Of a stretch of 64,000 nucleotides of DNA, positions 54,413-62,987 are shown in pieces. A program made the translations under genes and the position numbers. Within the stretch, counting starts at the first letter, position 1; every line of letters begins with the position of its first letter. This stretch comes from Escherichia phage ECO07P1. The DNA lies in sequence record OP172784; one strand, 5' to 3'. Under the pieces are notes generated by a model. It made no database searches. It worked only from the letters and a program-made list of their open reading frames with translations, and was not told the DNA's origin.

Positions 54413-54859
54413 ATGATTACAGTAGATAAGTGGTTTAGAATTAATCGTGCTGATATAGGGCTGTGTAATTACTGGCCGGAACTTAGTGCAGGTACTGTCT
54501 TTAAAGTTCGTGAACTTGCAAAAGAATGTGAAGATGATATAGAACCTGATACTGGAATTATTGAAATTGAACTTTCTGGCGGAAAGGTTATTAACATTTA
54601 CGATAAGCCAATTACGTATTGGTGCTTGTGGAATACTGAATCAGTAGAAAATGGCGAAATTGAAGAAATCGTAGAACGAGTTGATCAAGCTATTCATAAA
54701 CCTAAAGCCGCTTTTCAAGGTGAACGTATTTCATATGCATTAGCTAAATTAGCTGCACAAGAAAATAACGATGGTTATGAAGGAAATTTGATGCAAGCTG
54801 CGGCAGAATATATTGAATGGCTTGAAACTCAAATTTCTTTTTCTGACCGAGCGTTTTAA
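54413..54859 (+). CDS. hypothetical protein (possibly pin, Lon protease inhibitor, by position)
   Basis: About 148 aa immediately upstream of gene 49; assignment by synteny only. Confidence 0.35.
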   Translation: MITVDKWFRINRADIGLCNYWPELSAGTVFKVRELAKECEDDIEPDTGIIEIELSGGKVINIYDKPITYWCLWNTESVENGEIEEIVERVDQAIHKPKAAFQGERISYALAKLAAQENNDGYEGNLMQAAAEYIEWLETQISFSDRAF

Positions 54860-54877
54860 TACTTGAAAATAATAAAT

Positions 54878-54906
54878 ACCCTTATCTATTCAAGGTAAGG
54901 GTTTTA
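54878..54906 (+). promoter_or_regulatory. hairpin immediately upstream of gene 49 start (terminator and/or RBS-occluding structure)
   Basis: ACCCTTA-N11-TAAGGGT then TTTTATT, ending 3 nt before the gene 49 ATG. Confidence 0.45.
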
Positions 54907-54908
54907 TT

Positions 54909-55382
54909 ATGTTATTGACTGGCAAATTGTACAAAGAAGAAAAACAAAAATTTTATGATGCACAAAACGGTAAATGCTTAATTTGCCAACGAGAACTAAA
55001 TCCTGATGTTCAAGCTAATCACCTTGACCATGACCATGAATTAAATGGACCGAAAGCTGGAAAGGTGCGTGGATTGCTCTGTAATCTTTGCAATGCTGCG
55101 GAAGGTCAAATGAAGCATAAATTTAATCGTTCTGGCTTAAAGGGACAAGGTGTTGATTATCTTGAATGGTTAGAAAATTTACTTACTTATTTAAAATCCG
55201 ATTACACCCAAAATAATATTCACCCTAACTTTGTTGGAGATAAATCAAAGGAATTTTCTCGTTTAGGAAAAGAGGAAATGATGGCTGAGATGCTTCAAAG
55301 AGGATTTGAATATAATGAATCTGACACTAAAACACAATTAATAGCTTCATTTAAGAAGCAGCTTAGAAAGAGTTTAAAATGA
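54909..55382 (+). CDS. 49: endonuclease VII (Holliday junction resolvase)
   Basis: 157 aa; MLLTGKLYKEEKQKFYDAQNGKCLICQRELNPDVQANHLDHDHELNGPKAGKVRGLLC matches T4 gp49. Confidence 0.92.
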   Translation: MLLTGKLYKEEKQKFYDAQNGKCLICQRELNPDVQANHLDHDHELNGPKAGKVRGLLCNLCNAAEGQMKHKFNRSGLKGQGVDYLEWLENLLTYLKSDYTQNNIHPNFVGDKSKEFSRLGKEEMMAEMLQRGFEYNESDTKTQLIASFKKQLRKSLK

Positions 55383-57196
55383 CAATTGAAAAAGAAATTG
55401 AAGGATTGATTCATAAAACTAATAAAGACCTTTTAAACGAGAATGCTAATAAAGATTCTCGTGTTTTTCCAACTCAACGGGACCTTATGGCTGGTATTGT
55501 GTCTAAACACATTGCCAAAAATATGGTCCCGTCTTTTATTATGAAAGCGCATGAAAGCGGAATTATTCATTTCCATGATATTGATTATTCCCCTGCTCTT
55601 CCATTTACTAATTGCTGTTTAGTAGATTTAAAAGGAATGCTTGAGAACGGATTTAAGCTCGGTAATGCACAGATTGAAACTCCTAAATCAATCGGTGTTG
55701 CTACTGCAATTATGGCACAAATTACTGCACAGGTTGCTTCCCATCAATACGGTGGAACGACTTTTGCGAATGTAGACAAAGTACTTTCTCCTTATGTTAA
55801 ACGCACATATGCGAAACATATTGAGGACGCAGAAAAATGGCAAGTCGCTGATGCGTTGAATTATGCCCAATCTAAAACAGAAAAAGACGTATACGATGCA
55901 TTCCAAGCTTATGAATATGAAGTAAATACTCTCTTTAGTTCAAACGGACAAACGCCTTTTGTAACAATTACATTTGGTACGGGAACTGACTGGACTGAAC
56001 GAATGATTCAGAAAGCAATTCTGAAAAATCGTATTAAAGGTCTTGGTCGTGACGGGATAACTCCTATTTTCCCTAAACTTGTTATGTTCGTTGAAGAAGG
56101 TGTTAATCTTTATAAAGACGATCCGAACTATGATATTAAGCAGCTTGCTCTAGAGTGTGCAAGCAAAAGAATGTATCCTGACATCATTTCGGCTAAGAAC
56201 AATAAAGCTATCACTGGTTCATCTATTCCTGTTTCTCCAATGGGTTGTCGTAGTTTCTTGGGCGTATGGAAAGATTCGACTGGTAATGAAATTCTTGATG
56301 GACGTAATAATCTTGGTGTTGTAACACTGAATCTTCCTCGCATTGCGCTAGATTCTTATATTGGAACACAGTTCAATGAACAGAAATTTGTTGAGCTATT
56401 TAATGAACGAATGGATCTGTGTTTTGAAGCCTTGATGTGTAGAATTAGTTCCTTAAAAGGAGTTAAAGCAACTGTAGCTCCTATTCTTTACCAAGAAGGT
56501 GCATTCGGGGTTCGTCTTAAACCTGATGACGATATAATTGAGTTATTTAAAAACGGTAGAAGTTCAGTGTCCCTAGGATACATTGGTATTCACGAATTGA
56601 ATATTCTTGTCGGTCGTGATATTGGACAAGAAATTTTAACTAAAATGAATACTCGTCTTAAGCAGTGGACTGAAAGAACCGGATTTGCTTTTAGTTTGTA
56701 TTCTACTCCTGCTGAAAACCTGTGCTATCGCTTCTGTAAACTTGATACCGAAAAATATGGAAGTGTAAAAGATGTTACTGATAAAGGCTGGTACACTAAC
56801 AGTTTCCACGTTTCAGTAGAAGAAAATATTACTCCATTTGAAAAGATTTCTCGCGAAGCCCCATATCATTTCATTGCAACAGGCGGTCACATTTCTTATG
56901 TTGAACTTCCTGATATGAAAAATAACTTAAAAGGCCTTGAGGCTGTATGGGATTATGCTGCACAACATTTAGATTATTTTGGTGTTAATATGCCAGTAGA
57001 TAAATGTTTTACGTGTGGAAGTACCCATGAAATGACTCCTACTGAAAACGGATTTGTTTGTTCTATTTGTGGAGAAACTGATCCTAAAAAGATGAACACC
57101 ATAAGAAGAACATGTGGCTATTTAGGAAATCCGAACGAGCGCGGATTTAATCTTGGCAAAAATAAAGAAATCATGCATAGGGTTAAACACCAATGA
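55379..57196 (+). CDS. nrdD: anaerobic ribonucleoside-triphosphate reductase
   Basis: 605 aa; C-terminal glycyl-radical motif RRTCGYLGNP and Cys cluster CFTCGS...CSICG; uninterrupted ORF. Confidence 0.92.
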   Translation: MTIEKEIEGLIHKTNKDLLNENANKDSRVFPTQRDLMAGIVSKHIAKNMVPSFIMKAHESGIIHFHDIDYSPALPFTNCCLVDLKGMLENGFKLGNAQIETPKSIGVATAIMAQITAQVASHQYGGTTFANVDKVLSPYVKRTYAKHIEDAEKWQVADALNYAQSKTEKDVYDAFQAYEYEVNTLFSSNGQTPFVTITFGTGTDWTERMIQKAILKNRIKGLGRDGITPIFPKLVMFVEEGVNLYKDDPNYDIKQLALECASKRMYPDIISAKNNKAITGSSIPVSPMGCRSFLGVWKDSTGNEILDGRNNLGVVTLNLPRIALDSYIGTQFNEQKFVELFNERMDLCFEALMCRISSLKGVKATVAPILYQEGAFGVRLKPDDDIIELFKNGRSSVSLGYIGIHELNILVGRDIGQEILTKMNTRLKQWTERTGFAFSLYSTPAENLCYRFCKLDTEKYGSVKDVTDKGWYTNSFHVSVEENITPFEKISREAPYHFIATGGHISYVELPDMKNNLKGLEAVWDYAAQHLDYFGVNMPVDKCFTCGSTHEMTPTENGFVCSICGETDPKKMNTIRRTCGYLGNPNERGFNLGKNKEIMHRVKHQ

Positions 57197-57663
57197 ATTA
57201 TGATAGATTTTATCCTTGCGATTTTGTGAATGGCCCTGGATGCAGGGTCGTTCTTTTCGTTACAGGTTGTTTGCATAAATGCGAAGGGTGTTATAATAAA
57301 TCAACATGGAATGCTAGAAATGGCGTTCCATTCACTGGTAAAACACTAGAACAATTAATTGAATGTTTGAATAATGATTATATAGAAGGATTAACTATAA
57401 CTGGAGGAGACCCTCTTTATCCTGATAACCGAGATGATGTTCATTGCATTGTTCAAACGGTAAAAAATCTTTATCCGAATAAAAGCATTTGGTTGTGGAC
57501 AGGGTACAAGTTTGAAGATATTAAACAACTAGAAATGCTTAAATATGTTGATGTTATTATTGATGGGAAGTATGAGAAAAATCTTCCGACCAAAAAGCTG
57601 TGGCGAGGTTCAGATAATCAGCGACTTTGGTCAAATACCGATGGGGTGTGGAAACATGATTAA
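57193..57663 (+). CDS. nrdG: anaerobic RNR activating enzyme (radical SAM)
   Basis: 156 aa; Cys cluster CLHKCEGC; ATGA overlap with nrdD. Confidence 0.9.
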   Translation: MNYDRFYPCDFVNGPGCRVVLFVTGCLHKCEGCYNKSTWNARNGVPFTGKTLEQLIECLNNDYIEGLTITGGDPLYPDNRDDVHCIVQTVKNLYPNKSIWLWTGYKFEDIKQLEMLKYVDVIIDGKYEKNLPTKKLWRGSDNQRLWSNTDGVWKHD

Positions 57664-57777
57664 ACTGAATTATATTATTGATACTATAAATGATATGATT
57701 TTTCATTTTGGTCCAGAATTTTATTCGCAGTATAGTTTAGTACTTATCAATGCTTGGTTAATCAATTAAGGGTAAAT

Positions 57778-57993
57778 ATGTATAAATTTCGTAAAGGTTT
57801 AGCTGATTTTCTTACAACTGTAACGTTCTTTTTGTTTATGGCAGTTGGTGCTATTTTTCTTATTCCTTTTATTGCTATATTTTTCGTGATTAGCTTAATT
57901 TCTCCAGAAAAAGGCTTATCTTCTAGCGAGTTCAATGAGCGTCTGGATAAAATTACTAACAAACTGAATTCTGTTCTTGACAAAAAGGCTTAA
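57778..57993 (+). CDS. small membrane protein
   Basis: Start MYKFRKGLADFLTTVTFFLFMAVGAIFLIPFIAIFFVISL; one or two TM helices. Confidence 0.5.
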   Translation: MYKFRKGLADFLTTVTFFLFMAVGAIFLIPFIAIFFVISLISPEKGLSSSEFNERLDKITNKLNSVLDKKA

Positions 57994-57995
57994 TT

Positions 57996-58307
57996 ATGAT
58001 TAGTTTTGAGCGGTATGTGGTAGAGAGTTGGAAGGGTTTTGATATGTTCGGTAATGACTATTATTTCTATGAATGTAGTCTAAATCCTAGTTTTTGGGCT
58101 GGACGAGAACGAGAACTCGAAGAAATTAATAACCGTGCTGAATTGTTAGGTGAATTACCTACGGTGTATTTTACCTTTGACGCATCTGGATTTGTTATCC
58201 AGGTTTATTTTCCTGAAGAAAATTCTGGCGATGATTCTGTTAACCCGCCATACTGGGCTTATCAAGGAATTATTTCTCGTGGAACAAAACTCGAACTTAA
58301 AGAATAA
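57996..58307 (+). CDS. hypothetical protein
   Basis: 103 aa; start 2 nt after upstream stop. Confidence 0.5.
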   Translation: MISFERYVVESWKGFDMFGNDYYFYECSLNPSFWAGRERELEEINNRAELLGELPTVYFTFDASGFVIQVYFPEENSGDDSVNPPYWAYQGIISRGTKLELKE

Positions 58308-58602
58308 GATTGAAGTCTATGGAATTCCAGATGAAGTAGGTCGTTGTCCTGGATGTCAATCAGTTACAAAACTTCTAAAGGAGCTCAATGCTCCTTTTAC
58401 TTTCTATAAAGTTCTTACAAATAATGGTAAGATTGAGTATGATCGCCCACTGATTGTATCTCTTGCTAAACGCGCTGGATTCACATCTCTTAACATTCGT
58501 TATCCAGTCATTTTCATCAATGATTCTAGACAAAAGAACATTAAACACTTCAAAGAAACTCTCATTTCACTTGGATATGATAGAGATATCATAGAAGACT
58601 AA
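58279..58602 (+). CDS. NrdH-like glutaredoxin-fold redoxin (start uncertain)
   Basis: KIEVYGIPDEVGRCPGCQ thioredoxin-fold CxxC; no ATG near domain start, GTG at 58279 after AAGGA chosen; ORF-track GTG start at 58150; overlaps upstream ORF in +1 frame. Confidence 0.55.
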   Translation: MEQNSNLKNKIEVYGIPDEVGRCPGCQSVTKLLKELNAPFTFYKVLTNNGKIEYDRPLIVSLAKRAGFTSLNIRYPVIFINDSRQKNIKHFKETLISLGYDRDIIED

Positions 58603-58611
58603 GACGGGCCC

Positions 58612-58630
58612 TCTGGGCCTTTCTTTCTCA
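58612..58630 (+). terminator. weak terminator-like hairpin
   Basis: GGGCCCTCTGGGCC then CTTTCTTTCTC. Confidence 0.35.
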
Positions 58631-58699
58631 CATTCTGTATATTACCATTCTAACTATCATTCACTTCTTATCATTCCCTAAAATAATTTTCACAAAGTT

Positions 58700-58729
58700 G
58701 TTTACAAGAAGTTCAAACTGTGGTATTAT
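58700..58729 (+). promoter_or_regulatory. T4-type early promoter
   Basis: TTTTCACAAAGTTGTTTAC-N18-TATTAT. Confidence 0.6.
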
Positions 58730-58759
58730 TAACATATGAATTGCCTTTGAGGATTTGAT

Positions 58760-58936
58760 ATGGTTGATAAAGAGATTAAAAGGAAACAGTATTATCGTGT
58801 TAACGGACATATTGTTATTGTTACAGCAGTAGATGATCTAGATGTTCATTATACTGTACTTAAATGGAACAAACACATGATTTGTGACCGTGCTGTATTT
58901 AGTTCAGTTGCTAAGGAAATTAAACTCCATGGGTAA
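58760..58936 (+). CDS. hypothetical small protein (58 aa)
   Basis: ATG after GAGGAT; downstream of early promoter at 58700. Confidence 0.4.
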   Translation: MVDKEIKRKQYYRVNGHIVIVTAVDDLDVHYTVLKWNKHMICDRAVFSSVAKEIKLHG

Positions 58937-59222
58937 AACGTATCGTCGTAAAGATTTAAAAGTGCGTGATTATGACTATTTCGGAAAGCGTAAAGCTCCT
59001 GATGGTGTAAGTCATAAAGATATGGTTGAAAACATTTTTCGCTCTGATAAATGGCGTAGAATGAAAGGCATTGATTCAGAAGTTAAAGATGAGCTAAACC
59101 GTCAATTGCGTAGTGAAGTAAGAAAGTTGAAAAAATCAGTTTACATTGACGATGATTTTGATTATAATACTTCTCAACGAGTTGCTAAACGTAAATCAAA
59201 CGAGTGCTATCGTTACAGCTGA
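58929..59222 (+). CDS. hypothetical basic protein
   Basis: Start MGKTYRRKDLKVRDYDYFG, overlapping upstream stop. Confidence 0.5.
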   Translation: MGKTYRRKDLKVRDYDYFGKRKAPDGVSHKDMVENIFRSDKWRRMKGIDSEVKDELNRQLRSEVRKLKKSVYIDDDFDYNTSQRVAKRKSNECYRYS

Positions 59223-59229
59223 GGAAAAT

Positions 59230-59430
59230 ATGAATCCTGAATCTAAATTATCGCAACGAATTGCCGAAGCTCGTCGTCAGTTCTTTGAAAATATGATAGC
59301 CCAGGGTATTGATGACGAAGTTTTTCTAAACTGGTTTTGGAATCACAAATATTCAAGTTGCTCAGGAGCAATATTAATATCAGCTGCAATGATGTATGAA
59401 GGCTGGAAAGGTGCCAAACAGTTTAGCTAA
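59230..59430 (+). CDS. hypothetical small protein
   Basis: Start MNPESKLSQRIAEARRQ after GAGGAAAAT; terminator follows. Confidence 0.5.
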   Translation: MNPESKLSQRIAEARRQFFENMIAQGIDDEVFLNWFWNHKYSSCSGAILISAAMMYEGWKGAKQFS

Positions 59431-59447
59431 GGGCTTCGGCCCTTTTT
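59430..59447 (+). terminator. rho-independent terminator
   Basis: AGGGCTTCGGCCCT then TTTTT. Confidence 0.7.
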
Positions 59448-59482
59448 GGATAATAAAATTTTAACGCAATTGAGGATAATGT

Positions 59483-59809
59483 ATGACTATTCAAATTAAA
59501 AACGCCATCAATTCTTATGCATATGATAAAGTAGTTTCTCTGCTAGAAAAAGGCGATATTGTAACTCCTCAAATTTTGGATAAATGGGAAAAAGAGCTTC
59601 ATCAGACGATGAAACAGAATGATCAGAAGATTGGACGAAATACTGTCCGTGAATTGTTGGTTCAATATATCCTGTCAGAATTTGATGTTAAAGCTTTTGG
59701 TGTAGAATCTAAAGCTTATCAAAAACATGAAATTTCCGATAAAACTATTCGTCGTATGAAAAATCAACGCAAGAAAAAATTTGCTGACCTGAAAATTACT
59801 AAGGCATAA
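59483..59809 (+). CDS. hypothetical protein
   Basis: 108 aa; GAGGATAAT Shine-Dalgarno. Confidence 0.55.
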   Translation: MTIQIKNAINSYAYDKVVSLLEKGDIVTPQILDKWEKELHQTMKQNDQKIGRNTVRELLVQYILSEFDVKAFGVESKAYQKHEISDKTIRRMKNQRKKKFADLKITKA

Positions 59810-59811
59810 TT

Positions 59812-60027
59812 ATGAACGAAGCTCTTATTAACGATTTACGTCTTGCCGGATATGAAGTAAATATAAACGGCGTTGGTTTAACTCAAATTGAAGGAAATGG
59901 ATTCATCCTTGAGTATGAATTTAGCCAATGGTGGTTATATGCTAATTATGGCGAATTAATTGAATATGTCGATCAATTTGATTCACTAGATGCAGCTCTC
60001 GAAGCGGCTAACTTAATGAATGCGTGA
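59812..60027 (+). CDS. hypothetical acidic protein
   Basis: 71 aa; 2-nt spacing from upstream stop. Confidence 0.5.
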   Translation: MNEALINDLRLAGYEVNINGVGLTQIEGNGFILEYEFSQWWLYANYGELIEYVDQFDSLDAALEAANLMNA

Positions 60028-60109
60028 AATTGATTCATCCTCTATGCTTTAAGATAGATCTTCAAATATTATGATATAATAGATCTATGAATTGAGCTAA
60101 GAGGTGAAA

Positions 60110-60667
60110 ATGTCAGAAACTAAGCCTAAATATAATTACGTAAACAATAAAGAGCTTTTACAAGCTATTATTGATTGGAAAACAGAATTAGCAAATAATA
60201 AAGACCCAAATAAAGTAGTTCGTCAGAATGATACTATCGGATTGGCCATTATGCTTATTGCAGAAGGCTTATCTAAACGTTTCAACTTTTCAGGATACAC
60301 CCAATCTTGGAAACAAGAAATGATTGCAGATGGTATAGAAGCTTCTATTAAGGGGCTTCATAATTTTGATGAAACGAAATATAAAAACCCACATGCGTAT
60401 ATAACTCAAGCTTGTTTTAATGCATTCGTCCAACGTATTAAAAAAGAACGTAAGGAAGTTGCAAAGAAATATAGTTACTTCGTTCACAATGTCTATGACA
60501 GTCGTGACGACGATATGGTTGCGTTAGTAGATGAAACTTTTATTCAAGACATCTACGATAAAATGACGCATTACGAAGAATCAACCTATAGAACACCGGG
60601 GGCTGAAAAGAAAAGTGTTGTAGACGATTCTCCTAGTTTGGATTTTTTATATGAGGCTAACGATTAA
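60110..60667 (+). CDS. 55: late-transcription sigma factor gp55
   Basis: [32 protein letters not shown]...; 185 aa as T4 gp55; GAGGTGAAAATG Shine-Dalgarno. Confidence 0.9.
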
Positions 60668-60869
60668 CCTCTCCGGATTCTTGGAAGAAATACCTGAAGT
60701 TGAAGCTATTCCCTATTTACTTAAAATGTATCTCAGGGAAGTTTTAGCTCTTGACATTGATATTGATCCAGAAAATCCGTATGATACCGCTTTTAAATCT
60801 AATGGTGTAGAATTAAACTATCGGTATCATTTAACAGATGATGATTTTTATTTTATATTAGAGAAATAA
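60651..60869 (+). CDS. hypothetical protein
   Basis: 72 aa overlapping gene 55 end. Confidence 0.45.
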
Positions 60870-60870
60870 T

Positions 60871-61188
60871 ATGACTGATAAACCCGAAATTAATGATGAA
60901 GTGGAAAAGCTTATTTCTTCTATTGAAGAAAAGAACCGTCTTGAAGCAGAAAGAAAAGCAAATAAGTTATTGTCTAAAAATAAACGCGAACTGAACCGTC
61001 TTTATAAACACGCTCAGATTGCAGCTGAAAACAATAATTTTGCTCAATACGAATATGCTATCAAGAAAAGTCGGGATATTCTAAAACAGCCATATAACGA
61101 TGAACTCATTAGTATTCTTTGGAAGACTACTAGATCGCAGATTGAGGATATGATTGATGCTTACACACGTAAAATTCAAGCGTCTTAA
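60871..61188 (+). CDS. hypothetical protein
   Basis: 105 aa; helical Lys/Glu-rich. Confidence 0.5.
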   Translation: MTDKPEINDEVEKLISSIEEKNRLEAERKANKLLSKNKRELNRLYKHAQIAAENNNFAQYEYAIKKSRDILKQPYNDELISILWKTTRSQIEDMIDAYTRKIQAS

Positions 61189-61360
61189 AATTAATGCAGG
61201 ATTTACTGAATCTTTGAACGGTCATCTTTGTGTGAAAATTTCTGAAAAAGAATACCATGATAGTTCAATTAAAGAAGTTAATCCTCCTATTGTAAGAGCA
61301 GACCCTAATATGAAAGTGTGGGTTGATTCTTATCAAGTCAAAAAATGGTGGCAACTGTGA
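61154..61360 (+). CDS. hypothetical protein
   Basis: 68 aa; overlaps upstream ORF end. Confidence 0.4.
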   Translation: MMLTHVKFKRLKINAGFTESLNGHLCVKISEKEYHDSSIKEVNPPIVRADPNMKVWVDSYQVKKWWQL

Positions 61361-61363
61361 AAG

Positions 61364-61537
61364 ATGAACACCCAGACTTCTGAAATAGATTATAATAAAA
61401 TTCGTTCCTCTAAAGTAGAAATGATGAGACGCTTTAAAGAGTCTCATGATAAAGCTAAAGCAGAAGGAACTATAACGTATAAGCGCATAAAATTTAGAAG
61501 CTCTAATGAGCCTCTGTATGGTGTATTATGCGGATAG
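61364..61537 (+). CDS. hypothetical small protein (57 aa)
   Basis: MNTQTSEIDYNKIRSSKVEMMRRFKESHDKAKAEG...; ends at GGAGCTTCGGCTCC hairpin. Confidence 0.35.
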   Translation: MNTQTSEIDYNKIRSSKVEMMRRFKESHDKAKAEGTITYKRIKFRSSNEPLYGVLCG

Positions 61538-61552
61538 GAGCTTCGGCTCCTA
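61535..61552 (+). terminator. UUCG hairpin (terminator or RNA-stability element)
   Basis: TAGGAGCTTCGGCTCCTA; no T-run. Confidence 0.4.
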
Positions 61553-61555
61553 TAT

Positions 61556-61580
61556 TGCTTTATAAATTTTTTTGTAAAAT
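61556..61580 (+). promoter_or_regulatory. MotA-type middle promoter candidate (a-gt)
   Basis: TGCTTTA, 12-nt spacer, TAAAAT. Confidence 0.35.
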
Positions 61581-61604
61581 AAACCAAAACAATGAGGATA
61601 TTAA

Positions 61605-62807
61605 ATGAAAGTATGCATTTTTCTGGCTCGGGGTCTTGAAGGTTGCGGTGTAACTAAATTTTCTCTTGAGCAGCGTGATTGGTTTATTAAAAATGGTCAT
61701 GAAGTAACTTTGGTTTATGCTAAAGATAAATCATTTACTCGTACAAGTTCTCATGACCACAAATCATTTTCAATTCCAGTTATTTTAGCTAAAGAATACG
61801 ATAAAACGCTTAAGCTGGTAAATGATTGTGATATTCTAGTTATCAATTCAGTTCCTGCTACTTCAGTCGAAGAAGACACAATTAATAACTATAAAAAAAT
61901 TATTGATAACATTAAACCTTCGGTTCGTGTTGTAGTTTATCAGCATGACCATTCTTCTCTTTCTTTGCGTCGAAATTTGGGATTAGAAGAAACTGTTCGT
62001 CGAGCTGATGTTATTTTTAGCCATTCTGATAATGGCGATTTTAATAAAGTTCTGATGAAAGAGTGGTATCCAGAAACTGTTTCTCTGTTTGATGATATTG
62101 AAGAAGCACCGACCGTATACAACTTTCAGCCTCCTATGGATATTGCGAAGGTTCGGTCAACTTATTGGAAAGATGTTTCTGAAATTAACATGAATATCAA
62201 CCGTTGGATTGGTCGTACGACTACATGGAAAGGTTTTTATCAGATGTTTGATTTTCATGAAAAATTCTTAAAACCTGCTGGTAAATCCACTGTATTGGAA
62301 GGTCTTGAACGTTCCCCTGCTTTTATTGCAATTAAGGAAAAAGGTATTCCGTATGAATATTATGGTAATCGTGAGATTGATAAAATGAATCTCACGCCGA
62401 ATCAACCGGCACAAATCCTAGATTGTTATATTAATAGCGAAATGCTTGAACGAATGAGTAAATCTGGCTTTGGATATCAGTTGAGTAAACTTAACCAGAA
62501 ATACTTACAACGTTCACTCGAATATACTCATCTTGAATTAGGTGCTTGTGGTACAATTCCTGTTTTCTGGAAATCAACAGGTGATAATTTGAAATTCCGT
62601 GTTGATAATACTCCTTTGACCTCGCATGATAGCGGTATCATTTGGTTTGATGAAAATGACATGGAATCAACATTTGAGCGTATTAAAGAACTGTCATCTG
62701 ACCGAGCTCTTTATGACCGTGAACGCGAAAAAGCTTATGAATTTTTGTATCAGCATCAAGATTCAAGCTTCTGCTTTAAAGAACAGTTTGACATTATTAC
62801 AAAATAA
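61605..62807 (+). CDS. a-gt: DNA alpha-glucosyltransferase
   Basis: 400 aa as T4 AGT; MKVCIFLARGLEGCGVTKFSLEQRDWFIKNGHEVTLVYAK. Confidence 0.9.
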   Translation: MKVCIFLARGLEGCGVTKFSLEQRDWFIKNGHEVTLVYAKDKSFTRTSSHDHKSFSIPVILAKEYDKTLKLVNDCDILVINSVPATSVEEDTINNYKKIIDNIKPSVRVVVYQHDHSSLSLRRNLGLEETVRRADVIFSHSDNGDFNKVLMKEWYPETVSLFDDIEEAPTVYNFQPPMDIAKVRSTYWKDVSEINMNINRWIGRTTTWKGFYQMFDFHEKFLKPAGKSTVLEGLERSPAFIAIKEKGIPYEYYGNREIDKMNLTPNQPAQILDCYINSEMLERMSKSGFGYQLSKLNQKYLQRSLEYTHLELGACGTIPVFWKSTGDNLKFRVDNTPLTSHDSGIIWFDENDMESTFERIKELSSDRALYDREREKAYEFLYQHQDSSFCFKEQFDIITK

Positions 62808-62822
62808 AGGGCTTCGGCCCTT
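62807..62822 (+). terminator. terminator-like UUCG hairpin after a-gt
   Basis: AAGGGCTTCGGCCCTT then TTAGCTTTA. Confidence 0.5.
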
Positions 62823-62846
62823 TAGCTTTATACGGAGTTTGATATA

Positions 62847-62987
62847 ATGATATTTCTTGGATATGTGATACTTTTTCTTGCATTTTATCTATTCACCAAA
62901 GCATGCTGGATTGGGTTCTTTAGCACTCCAGATGGGTTTATTTCAATAATTTTATTTTGCATTTCAATGACGGTTCTTGATATATGA
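62847..62987 (+). CDS. small hydrophobic protein (46 aa)
   Basis: MIFLGYVILFLAFYLFTKACWIGFF...; stop overlaps gene 47 start. Confidence 0.35.
   Translation: MIFLGYVILFLAFYLFTKACWIGFFSTPDGFISIILFCISMTVLDI

Noticed and set aside
58150-58278. N-terminal extension of the NrdH-like ORF from a GTG at 58150
   Set aside because: Would overlap most of the upstream ORF in another frame; the thioredoxin fold begins near 58306, so a downstream start or frameshift is more plausible
60060-60100. Possible promoter TGATATAAT within a palindrome AGATCTAT...ATAGATCT upstream of gene 55
   Set aside because: An extended -10-like element exists, but no recognisable -35 or MotA box at the right spacing; too uncertain to call
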